NCBI RefSeq assembly: GCF_006345805.1
Contig: NC_043010.1
Span: 43,400,001-43,464,000, forward strand
Direction of reading: 5' to 3'
Length of the DNA: 64,000 bases
From: Octopus sinensis
Taxonomy: Eukaryota
The stretch's first letter is position 1, and every line of letters starts with the position of its first letter. This document shows positions 52,344 to 64,000 of this stretch, one piece after another. Position numbers and translations under genes: made by a program. Below the pieces are notes generated by a model. It was not told the DNA's origin, searched no databases, and saw only the letters and a program-made list of their open reading frames with translations.

Positions 52344-54139
52344 AATGAGAGACGGAAGATGGAAGATACAAAATTTTTATTAATCACTACAATCGTTTCG
52401 GCACATCGCTCCCTCACAGATGAGATATTTAGCAACTGGCTCAGGAGCATCCGACGGTGCAGATGTGTCACTTTGGGTGATAAATAGATATAACTCGTCA
52501 AAATAAAATCCGCAATGTATCTTCTCATTTCGTGTAAAGAAAAGCAGCAAATTTAAGGATATTGCTTCATTTATATAGAAGATCAATAATAAAACAAAAT
52601 AGTGTAACAGATGCAAAAAAGAAACGAACACGCAATACAGTGAAAAAAGTATCAAAATTACCGTTAACGGATATGGATGTATAAACGCCCTCGCGTAGGT
52701 TGTGAGGCGCATGTACACTCGTTCATACAAGCATCCACGAAGATGTAAGCATACGCACAGGTGTGGTTTGGCGCACATACATTCACATAGCGAGTTAAAT
52801 AGTTAAGAATTGGGAGGTTAGAACTAAACTTAATTCATCCGTACCATAAGGTAAATTATGTTAACGGTTACTCAAATTCATTTCCACTGCTTTGTGCAGA
52901 AGTACATCTATTTGCATGCAAGCATTTTGAGTGTCTTTCAGAAATTCTATTAATGATCTTCTCATTGGTTCACAGAACAAACAAGGATTCCTCGGAGCAG
53001 AGTCGCCATCTCCTGGAAATGGTATATGATTTTGCGTGCCTTACCATGGTCCAAGTTATGTTATACTTAATGTTATCTTCCTTAAGTCGCCACACAAAAT
53101 CAGCCAAAGATATTGAATGTCTCTGACATGGTTGCGATAACGATTCTTGAATGAAGCAGTTGTTTTCCCAATGTAAACATACGGCCATCTCCTTGTGTGC
53201 ATAGTACATCTATATACAAGATTTTTACTCATACAGAGGTTCATCAACGGGCATTTTGCTTTTTCTCTGCATGAGCATATTATATTTATCTGTATATATT
53301 GCAGTTCTGTCTTCATTTTGCAACGTTGTTACCGTGTTGGCTATATCACATTCGTTTCTACTATCACGATTTGGCCGTATTTGATACTTTTCATTATTAC
53401 CGAGCGTAGATGGCTGGATGCTACATTTATATACTTAATATTACCGTTTGGTTTATGGAATGATTCGAATAATCCAGTATCAATACAGGAGGTAGTGTCA
53501 AGGAAATTTACTCTACGATAATCATTTCCTACGATAATCATGTAATGTTGAGTCCTAAATTCTTAAAAAGTCTAAATGCAGTGGGAATGAATTTGAGTAA
53601 CCGTTAACATAATTTACCTTATGTTACGTATGAATTAAGTTTAGCTCTAACCTCCCCACTCTTATTAACACCAAGTAGCTATTTAACTCGTCATGTGAAT
53701 GTATGTGCGCCAAACCACACGTGAGCGTATGCTCACATCTTCGTGGATGCTTGTATGTGCGATTGTACATGCGCCATACAACCAACGCGAAGGCGTTTAT
53801 ACATCCATATCCGTTAACGGTTATTTTTAATACTTTTTTTCGCTGTATTGCGTGTTCGTTTCTTTTTTGCATCTATTACTTTATTATTGATCTCCCATAT
53901 AAAGGAAACTATAGACCTTAATTTGTTGCTTTTCTTTACACATAACGAGAAGATACATTGCAAAGCTGTTGTCTTCACGAGTTATATCTATTTATCACTC
54001 GCAGTGACACATCTACACCATCGGATGCTCCTGAACTAATTGTTAAGTATCTCGCCCGTGAGGGATCGACGCTAGATATGTTGAAACAATTGTAGTGATA
54101 AATAAAAATTCTCATATATTTCATCTTCCATCTCTCATT
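52344..54139 (-). mobile_element. 5'-truncated Penelope-like element with inverted pseudo-LTRs
   Basis: Core 52890-53578: VNFLDTT...FHKPNGNIKYIN, CSCREKAKCPL...LVYRC...VYIGKTTASFKNRYRNH (GIY-YIG), ITWTMVRHAKSY; arms 52344-52890 and 53578-54139 are reverse complements. Confidence 0.9.
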
Positions 54140-54756
54140 AACCAAATACATAACGAATACTGTGAAAGTGACTGTGCTCCACCAGTAAGCTACCAGGTAT
54201 AAACCATTTGCTTTATTATCATGTGTGTGAGTGTGTGTACATTATATATATACTTTATATCTTATGAATGTGTATGTAAGAAGAGGAAGGAGAGGGTAAA
54301 TTATGAATAAAGTTGAATAAATTTAATATTAATATTTTAGTGCAGTTTTTTTCTTTTGAATTCATTGCAATTAGTTCTGAAACAATTTTGATAAAATATT
54401 GCGTATGTATTGAAATGTTTTGGGATTGGAAGATAATTGTTGAAAATATTATAGAAAGAAGGAAAATTAAGAGAGGTAAGGTTTAAAGCATGCAATTGTA
54501 TAGTGAAGTGGGATAATTGGTTAAAAGTTGAAAATGCAGAACTAGCTGAAGGAAACGCAAAATAACTGAATACCGACAGTTTTTAGAATAAACACACACA
54601 CGCACACACACACAAACACACACACACATGCATACATGCATATATACATACAATGTTGAATAATGCTTTAATGGCGTGATTATATTCTTAAAAAGAGTAA
54701 ATATATATATATGTATGTATGTATGTATGTATGATTGTATGTGTGTATGTATATGC

Positions 54757-54810
<54 letters not shown>

Positions 54811-56267
54811 TGAGAGAGAGGGCGTGCACATACACACACACAATAAAACAAAATCAAGACAGACTGGTGTTAGTCTGCATCGGCAAGATTGATTATTAGA
54901 AGAAGACGATATTAGAATATTAATTGGTAACTCAAATTACTGAATTTTTCAGGAAGTTTAACACAAAATCGTAGTACAGAAAGACTTCCTATCAAAATGC
55001 AGATCAATCACGAAATGAAGTCACTCTCATTGTTTTCTGTATTCGGAGTTTTTCTATGACTAGTTTGAAAATTTGGGGCATTCTGTAGTTGCAAAAGAAA
55101 ATTAAGTACTGAATGTTAATTAAGAAGAAACATTTTTGAAAACAATCTGTCATGAGAATTTGAAGAGTACAGAAGACAAGGCTTGTTAGAATGTCTATAC
55201 GATTTGACTGCTCGAATCAATCTTCACTATTTTATGCTATTTTTTATGGGAAAACTAATGAAATTTGATAAATATATGCCACTGGTTCGAAGTTGCTTTC
55301 GCAATGCTTAAAATTCTAAGAGTCTCAAATTTCGAATGAGTTCCTTCTCAATCCAGTATATTATTTCAAATGTTGACTTTCAATGAGTATTCACCCTGGT
55401 TTGTACAATTACGAGACTTTTATACAATTTTTAATAAAAACTATTTATACTTCGTAGAATAATTACTTTCCTAACAAGCTGGAGAAAAATTCTGTGACTA
55501 TAGCCAGGACTTGTTGATTGAAACTGGAAGTCAAAGCAACATTCCTGTTTCTAGATGTGTGTGTGCGTGTGTGTATCGTGTGTGTGTGTATGCGTGCGTG
55601 CATGTGTGTGTGCGTGTGTGTATTGTGTGTGTGTGTGTATGTGTGTGTGTGTGTATTGTGTGTGTGTGTGTGTGTGTACATTATATTTCGCATATGGATT
55701 CTTCTGTTATTTCTGAGGGTTTTTTTCTATGAAACCACTACAATTTAAACACCCATCATTGTAAAATTTGGAAGTGTCATTAAATACAGTTTCATTAGAC
55801 GCAAAATTTTAATTTTGTAAACATACATTAAGAAAACTATTTAAAATATCTTTTAATCAATCAGAAAATTTATTAATGTAATCTAATGACTCATTAATTA
55901 ACTTGCAAAGTGGTAACTCTGCGTTGTTAAGATTGACTTTTAACGGTTAGAGTTGCTGCGTTGAGAAATAAAACTGTTTTGAGTTCCAATATACGTGTGT
56001 ATGTAGATAAAGAGAGAAACCGAAAACCAGGTGGATTAAACGCGACGATTTATTTGAGCCCATTAAAGAACATTAACAAGGCAAAGCTGTTGAGATACAT
56101 CATGGAATATTACTGTGAGTAAATGTACAATGGCTCTCATGCAGTTGGTACATGATGTATGCGGCGTAGAACAGGAAAAACAAATTCTTTGCGAAATGCA
56201 TTTTTTTTTAACGGTGGTTGTACGAAGGGTAATAGTTTCCACTGATAAACTGAGTAAAACATTTTTT

Positions 56268-56691
56268 GGATCTTTTCGGTTTGAACGGCAGTTTTTTTCT
56301 AGTGGTGTGATATGAAATTGTCACCCATAATTATGACCCTAGTATCGATCTATTGCATTTCAATCTGTTTTAGGGTTAGGGTTAGGGGTAGGGGTAGGAG
56401 GAAGGGTATCTTTTTTCTTCACAAATGTAAATAAACCTAATCTGTTTCTTAAACGAAGGACATATTCACACGGCACAGAATGCTTTTAACTCAATAGACG
56501 TCACTGATTGGTTGAAATTGCAGAAATTGAAGAAGAAAAAAACAACAAATATCTTACAAACTATAGAATTTTCTCAATAAAGCCAAGAAAAAAAGATGTT
56601 TTATAAACACATTCTACCAGTATACGAAGTTTAAAATTTTTTAGTTATCTAGAAATTGTGTTAAAAACTGCCGTTCAAACCGAAAAGATCC
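56268..56691 (+). mobile_element. Third copy of the telomeric-repeat MITE
   Basis: Same TIRs; (TTAGGG)-like tract at 56370-56398; TSD not recognisable. Confidence 0.9.
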
Positions 56692-57108
56692 GGAATTTCT
56701 CATTACGTACAGTCCTATGGGTAAAGACCAACTGATCACTAACGTTGCATACTGATGGAGTTATTGCTACCAGTTTCAAAAATAAGAAAAATAACTTAGA
56801 ATCCTTTTCAGTTTACTAAAGAGAACAATGTGATGTTTTCACATCGTCGGCAATTTTCTCAGACAAGGCTTCTAAATGATTGTAGAAACATTATACGTGT
56901 TTCAGGTATTCTGATTTACGCGGTGTGCTATACAAATAAATACTACAAGGTCTTGTAGATTTTCGTTATCCCAGATATCATGATCATTTGTAGCATAAGA
57001 ATTAAGGAGTTGCAGTCTCTTCCCAAGAACACAGGCTCAGCCATATTTTGCTCCAGGTGTGTAGTTACGTATCCTATCGCTTCAGTAAGAAGCTGAAAGC
57101 GTATCTTG

Positions 57109-57405
57109 TTCCTTCTCGAGCCATGCCTGGCTCATAAGGGACGGTTTCCCGGTTTCCTTGGCGTATAGGTTCCCCACCTAGACGGGACGCCGGTCCATCG
57201 CAGGTGAGCTGCAAGATGCAGGAGGAAAGAATGAGAGAAAGTTGTAGCGAAAGAGTCAGCAGAAGTTCGCCATTACCTTCTGCCGGAGTCGTGTGGAGCT
57301 TAGGTGTTTCGCTCATAAACACATACATCGCCCGGTCTGAGATTAGAACCCGCGATCCCTCGACCGCGAGTCCGCTGCTCTAACCACTGGGCCATGTGCC
57401 TCCAC
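57109..57405 (-). mobile_element. Full-length SINE (family B-type head, family D-type tail) with a 13-bp TSD
   Basis: AAAGCGTATCTTG at 57096-57108 and 57406-57418. Confidence 0.88.
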
Positions 57406-58222
57406 AAAGCGTATCTTGGATACTGGATTTGAAAACTTTTTATCACTGGTCTATTATTCTCTCTGTATTTTCCTGGGTCCAGTGGGCAACAGATTTCTAC
57501 AACAGGACATATAGTTTTTTTGTTGTACTCACACAAGAATACCCGATCGCGCGGTTAAACCATTGGGAGTGAAGGACTCCTAGCCTTTGTTAGGGCATCC
57601 TTCTAGGAGAAGGTAACTTAGGTATAACTCCAACATAAAACCTGCGGCTCAGTGGTTACCGATGATGTTGACTTGTTCTTCTTTTCGGATTATAGCTGCT
57701 GTTGCTTAGTGAATGGGATTGACTCAGTGCACAGCCTTTCCTCACTTTAAAAAAAAATCTTCTTGCACAGACATTGCACTATAACAACATTGATTAAGCT
57801 TCGTGCAATGGCCATACTCGATAACGAGGGGGCAACCACTACGTATGCATAAATACACAAATTTGTAAATGGATGACTACTGCTATTATAACAAAAATAT
57901 TTTTGTACAAAAATATATTTTGCAAAGTATCTCATTAGTAGTGAAAACAATCAGCTTTAGAACAATAAAACAAAGCTAAAATGAAGAGAAAATTGAAAAT
58001 AAAGCCACGCCCATATTCGCAATAAATATGTTTTATACTATCATGGCAGCAACTCTGTATATTAAGCTATGTATTTCAATATATAGCTAGATTTATATTT
58101 TCAAGTATTTCTTTTGTTTTAGCTCAACTTATATATCGATCGTTACTTATTGATTCAAGACCATCTTAACAACGTTTTAATTCCCTGTGCTGGACCCAAC
58201 ATGTGCAACCACAGCATATATA

Positions 58223-58455
58223 TATTTCTTTACTACCCATAAGGGGCTAAACACAGAGGAGACGAACAAGGACAGACACACGTATTAAGTCGATTACATC
58301 GACCCCAGTGTGTAACTGGTACTTAATTTATCGACCCCGAAAGGATGAAAGGCAAAGTCGACCTCGACGGAATTTGAACTCAGAACGTAACGGCAGACGA
58401 AATACGGCTACGCATTTCGCCCGGCGTGCTAACGATTCTGCCAGCTCGCCGCCTT
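58223..58455 (-). mobile_element. SINE family C with a 15-bp TSD
   Basis: ACCACAGCATATATA at 58208-58222 and 58456-58470. Confidence 0.9.
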
Positions 58456-58817
58456 ACCACAGCATATATAGATTAGCATTGAGCTCCATAGACCCATGGA
58501 TACCTGGACAACTGCTCACTTTGTCCATGTTTTATGAATGTACACACATGTCTATCGCTTTAACCTCTGTTTTCCCATGTTTGCATGGATTGGACGGAGT
58601 TTTATTCAAGTTAATTTTCTACACTACTCCTCACATGTTACCAAGTAAGGTGATATTTCTCCGTCACCAGACATGTTTTCACGGACGGTTGGAAACGAAG
58701 GAGAAAGAACGCTTGCATGTCAAAGGCGTACGTTTACAACTATCATGTGATGCCAAGATAAAGAAACAGTAACACATACACACACACACGTGCATACATA
58801 CCAACACACATATGCAT

Positions 58818-58859
<42 letters not shown>

Positions 58860-58864
<5 letters not shown>

Positions 58865-59010
58865 TATTTACGACAGGCTTTTCAGTTTCCCTCAGCCAAA
58901 TCTACCCGCAAGGCTTTGCTCGGTCCGGGGTTATAGCAGAAGAGACTTGTCCGAGGTGCCATACAATGGGATTCAATCCGGAGCCATGTGGTTGGGAAAC
59001 TTCTTACCCA
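58860..59010 (-). mobile_element. Degenerate SINE family A head
   Basis: Homology to 11040-11218. Confidence 0.65.
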
Positions 59011-59042
59011 ACAGCCACGCTTGGTCCCATTATGTATGTGTT

Positions 59043-59079
<37 letters not shown>

Positions 59080-59081
59080 CG

Positions 59082-59122
<41 letters not shown>

Positions 59123-59529
59123 TCGTTTTGGGATTTGGTTTGCAAGATTCTTTATATGAGTTCGTGTGTTGAAGCATATTCTGTTGTGCCCTATAATGTA
59201 ACACACTCACCGGTAAAATTTCCACTTTTTACTTATCTTTATTTTCCTAAAATTTTCGTTGCGTCTTGCAACCTTTTCAATAGTTTTGACTCTGTCCGTT
59301 ATTTACACTGCATTCCCTTTTGTTTGTTTGTGCACATGTATGTGGGTCAGTGTGTGTGCGCCTATACATGCATGCATGTACGTATGTATGTATGTGTGTG
59401 TCTGCATGTGCATGTATGTATATATGTGTGTGTGTATGCATATGTATATATGTACGTATGTGTGTGCATCTGTATGTACGTATCCTGCATATTTATGTGC
59501 TTACATGTCCGTGTTTGTGTATTTTCTAT

Positions 59530-60890
59530 TTATGTGTGTGTGAGCATGTGTTGGTTTCTATAGTGACTTTCAGTCCGAGGGAGTTCATGGTGCTTGTGAG
59601 GTCCTTTCTGAGCCTATCTAGCGTGTGGCCTTTAGCTCCTTTTGATATTGCCAGCGCGTCGTCCCTGTAGAAGCCAAAGCCAGTTGAAGGGAATTTCTTT
59701 TTTAGTATATCTAAGATGAAGGGACCAACTAGGTCACATACGCCCGCACTGTCAAAAGCACCCCCCATTGTAACGTCGAAGGAGCCCTCTGGGTCTGTAC
59801 GTTTGGTCCAAACGGACCTCTTACTGAAGAGTTGGGTTCTTCTGGTGTGCATTATAATGTGTATGTCCTCGTCGTTGACTTCAGTTTGGGCCCTGCCTTT
59901 AACAGGAGCTCCCTTCATATAGATGGGTAGAAGTCCATTATATCAAACTGGATAAAACTAGCTCTACCCCTACAACAGTTGGCCTTAAACCATGTAATGA
60001 CTTCGTTGGTGTTGCGCCACAGGGCGAGGTCAGAGGCGTTTCTAACGCCGTCACTGATCTTCCTGATGAGCCGTTTGCTCACCTGTCCGATCTCAGACTT
60101 CGCCGGGTTTAGAGTTAGAGGCAAAGTTAAGCTTATGATCCTTGATCGTTATGAAGGCCTCTTTCTTCGCCAGGTTCTACCCTATCTTCTATACCTAGTT
60201 TAAATGCTATATCTCTGGCCTCCTGGTTAATACTATCGTATATCTGGTGGGTGGCCCTCCTGTACGTTTGTGTAATGCTGTTGTTAAGGAGCTGTGCGTG
60301 TGTGTCACTACTTATATAAATTTTTTGTTTTGTTTTGTATGCTGTTCATTCATTACAATATGACTGAAGCTATAAAACGATTGCCTGGTGACAAGCGCGC
60401 TAAAATGCACACCTTCGCAGACATGTTAAATCGATATTGATAAAACGATGTTCTAACAACAATGGTATATTTTTAAAATGTATGTTTGTTTATTTACTTG
60501 TTGTGCATTGGTCGTTTGTGTAGGCATGTTCTTTTCGAGAGAATAGACAGATGTATGTACCTATCAGAAGATTTATGCTTGCGGGTGTCTGCTCTAAGTT
60601 TATTTTGGAAAGGGCTTGAGGACTTACCGAATTTCAGGTGGAGTATTATGTTCAACAGGTCGTTTTCGAAGGCCTCCAGTCCCTTGATCTTGGGTGGAAA
60701 CTTCCTGGATTTAAGCCCAAAATGCTCGGTTTCCGTTGGTGGTTTGGGTTGGTCAAAGTAAAAAGCCTTCTATTTCATCCGCCTGATCAGTTCCACTATT
60801 TCCTTCAGCAGCAGCCTTGTAAAGAGTTCTTTCGGTGGTGTTGGGATATTCTTTCGTTGAGTATCCCAGGTCATAATATTCCAAGTCCAT
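59530..60890 (-). mobile_element. Penelope-like element N-terminus plus RT pseudogene, 3'-truncated, interrupted at 60338-60550
   Basis: Start ATG at 60890 (MDLEYYDLGYS...), LEAFENDLL, EAFITIKDHK, LNPAKSEIGQVSK, WRNTNEVITWF, FIQFDIMDFYPSI, FDVTMG, FYRDDAL. Confidence 0.92.
60338..60550 (+). repeat. 213-bp direct repeat, copy 1 (inside the PLE ORF)
   Basis: Matches 63254-63466 with 5 mismatches counted by eye. Confidence 0.92.
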
Positions 60891-61221
60891 TTGTAAAGGA
60901 TGTATAAAAAATATCATAATCTTTGATGACTATGTAGAGCGCAACGCTGGTGAGCATAGCCATATTGCACAAGTTGCGGAAGACCTATTGTATTTTTTGG
61001 CAGTGTGCGTGCATGCGTGAGTCGTCTAAGAGATCATAAGTCAGGGAGAAAGCGCAATCGTATATCTGTCAGTAGAGTGGGTATATTATCCGAATTTTTT
61101 AGCATAAATATCCATCACGGCTGATCTTACCAATCGGTTTAGCGCAAAGAATACAATGGAGTGTTAAGTAACAATCCGATTATATGCAATATATATAGAT
61201 ACATATATATGTGTGTGTGTG

Positions 61222-61253
<32 letters not shown>

Positions 61254-62126
61254 TGTATGTATTATGTATATACGCATATATTTTATCTTTTACCTTTTAC
61301 TCGTCTGACTCATTAGGCTGCAGCCATAGTACTCATTCGAACAGTCTCGTGGGCCCAACAATGACACTTCATGCATTGAGTACATATTAAATTTCATTAA
61401 ACTTCAACAATATTTTTCAAGCAATGAACAATTTTCATCAAAACAATATAATTTGTCGACTTGGAACTTATTGCAAAGCTTCATGATAAACAACAGTACC
61501 ACCACCATCGCCTCTACATCTGTCATATACACCATTCAGACTTCTGACACTACCACCATCAATACCTTTGACTTCGCTGGCTTCCCCTCCACCACTTTCA
61601 CTTCTGTCTTTCACATCGCTTACTTTCACCGTCATCCCTGACCGCCTCGGCTACCACCACCACCACCACCACCATCATCACCGCTGCCTCCGCCTCTATC
61701 ACAACTACAGCTCATACTATTACTATCATCCCATTACCATCAGTGTTCAGTATGTTAGTTCAGCATGCCGGTTCATGTTCAGTCCTTCTTTCTCTCACAT
61801 ACCCACTCTTTCCTTCTCTTATTATTACTCCGACCGCCACCATCAACACTACTACTTTTAATAAAACATCATCAACTCTCCCTACATTTCTTTGTCTCTC
61901 TTTCTCTCCCTGTCTTTTTCTTTCTCTCTCTCTCTATCTGTCTTCGCCACTGCCCTCGCCGTCTTTATGCCTACTATTACTCTCACCCCAGCATGAGGAA
62001 TAGTAGAAGCGTCATTGAATAGTGAGCCAGGGGTCAAAGAGTGACACACTAGCACGCAGAAATTAGTTTTCTCATTTATTATATTAGATATGTGTATGTA
62101 TGTATGTATATGTATGTATGTATGTA

Positions 62127-62208
<82 letters not shown>

Positions 62209-62308
62209 TTATTTATAAATTTAACCTTTAAAGATATTTTTTAATATGCTGGCCACGGATAAAATATTTTCGAAAAATTTTATCCTATATTAGATGTATA
62301 TATATATA

Positions 62309-62343
<35 letters not shown>

Positions 62344-62688
62344 ATATAAATGTAATGCACAACATAGATTTATATAATCTAGTGCTAAAAGCTACTTTCG
62401 CAGACAAGGCTATAAAACACATAGTAAACCGATGCGTAGTAAAAACAACATAGTGAACCAATATCTGATGAGCTAGCCTTCAATATTTGCTTAGTTTAGT
62501 AAAATGTACAATAGTACTATGCAATTTATAGCAGACGCATTTCATCAGAGAAAGATATACATTAAGATATCACATAAGGATCCTTCCGTTCATGCAAGAA
62601 CCTACTTACAAGAGCCTGCTTGCATGAGCGGAAGAGTCCACATGTAATATCTTAAGGTATATCATACCTTAAGATGTATGTATGTATG

Positions 62689-62796
<108 letters not shown>

Positions 62797-62994
62797 TGTA
62801 TATGTATGTATATGTAGATATATATGTATATATGTGTGTGTATATATGTATATATATATATGTATATATGTGCGTGTATATATATGTATATATGTATGTA
62901 TGTATATATATATATGTATATATATATATATGTATGTGTATGTATGCATGTATGTATATATATATATATATCTACCTATCTATCTATCTATAGA

Positions 62995-63135
<141 letters not shown>

Positions 63136-63253
63136 GAAATCCGTGCGTGTAAGGGGTGACGCAAATACAGTCAGACAAACCCGTTAGTTGCATAGAAGAG
63201 GCATTAGATACCTAAATGGCCACTAACCAATAATTACGTAATCTAATAGACAT

Positions 63254-63466
63254 TATGCTGTTCATTCATTACAATATGACTGAAGCTATAAAACGATTGC
63301 CTGGTGACAAGCGCGCTAAAATGCACACCTTCGCAGACATGTTAAATCGATATTGATAAAACGATGCTCTAACAACAATGGTATATTTTAAAAATATATG
63401 CTTGTTTATTTACTTGTTGTGCTTTGGTCGTTTGTGTAGGCATGTTCTTTTCGAGAGAATAGACAG
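63254..63466 (+). repeat. 213-bp direct repeat, copy 2
   Basis: Matches 60338-60550. Confidence 0.92.
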
Positions 63467-64000
63467 TGGTTGTAGCCGGAAATAATTTTCATAAATTACA
63501 CACACACACACACACACACAACGACACACACTTCTCTATGTCTATGACGCAGTATGTAATATATTTTCACAACAAAAATGATTTAGCTTTATACGTATGT
63601 ATGTATGTATGTATGTATGTATGTATGTATGTATGTATGTATGTATGTATGTATGTATGTATGTGCATTTCTCATACGGTTATCATCTGAAGTGTGATTA
63701 TTTTCAAGTTTTATGGCAATGGAGGTTTTGGTGGATATGCACAATTTTAAACTGAATGAAAATATTCTGTCAGAACTATGATTGCATGTTTCCATTCAGG
63801 CAGGTTAGAATTAACGTTGATATTACTTCAGCTGTCTACTTATGACATCGCCATGGTTTGGTTTAGTTCTGGGTGATCGAGCAATTATTTTAGAGTTTTG
63901 ATATGTACGTACGTACATATTTATGTATGTATGTACGTACGTATGTGCGCGTGTATGTATATATGTTTGTATGTATGTTTGTATGTATGCATGCATTCAT

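Noticed and set aside
53520-59560. The idea that the PLE pieces at 52344-54139 and 59530-60890 are one element split by a 6-kb insertion
   Set aside because: They overlap in homologous position (FKNLGLNIT versus MNSLGLKVT), and the left piece has its own inverted pLTR at its 5' end

Overview
Repeat-saturated, AT-rich eukaryotic DNA with one 100-N scaffold gap (7867-7966). The SINE families, the RTE/Penelope/mariner mix and the extreme microsatellite load point to a coleoid cephalopod, most likely Octopus (inference from family resemblance; no search run). I found no intact cellular protein-coding gene. Most ORFs in the track are translated microsatellites or decayed transposon frames. Supported content: decayed LINEs (RTE x4, HERO/NeSL-like, R4/Dong-like, CR1/L2-like), three GIY-YIG Penelope-like elements (PLEs), a mariner fossil, mariner and pogo derivatives, a Helentron-type non-autonomous element, three copies of a (TTAGGG)n-carrying MITE with 8-bp TSDs, many tRNA-headed SINEs (local labels A-D) and a diverged U6 snRNA copy abutting a SINE. 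The most striking unexplained pattern is a set of short non-coding modules sitting in or beside TA/TG microsatellites. Several are fold-backs with 33-550 bp inverted arms, and several carry minimal type I hammerhead-ribozyme motifs (two with intact catalytic cores). This is consistent with non-autonomous, retrozyme-like PLE derivatives that use SINE-borne (TA)n tracts as landing pads.
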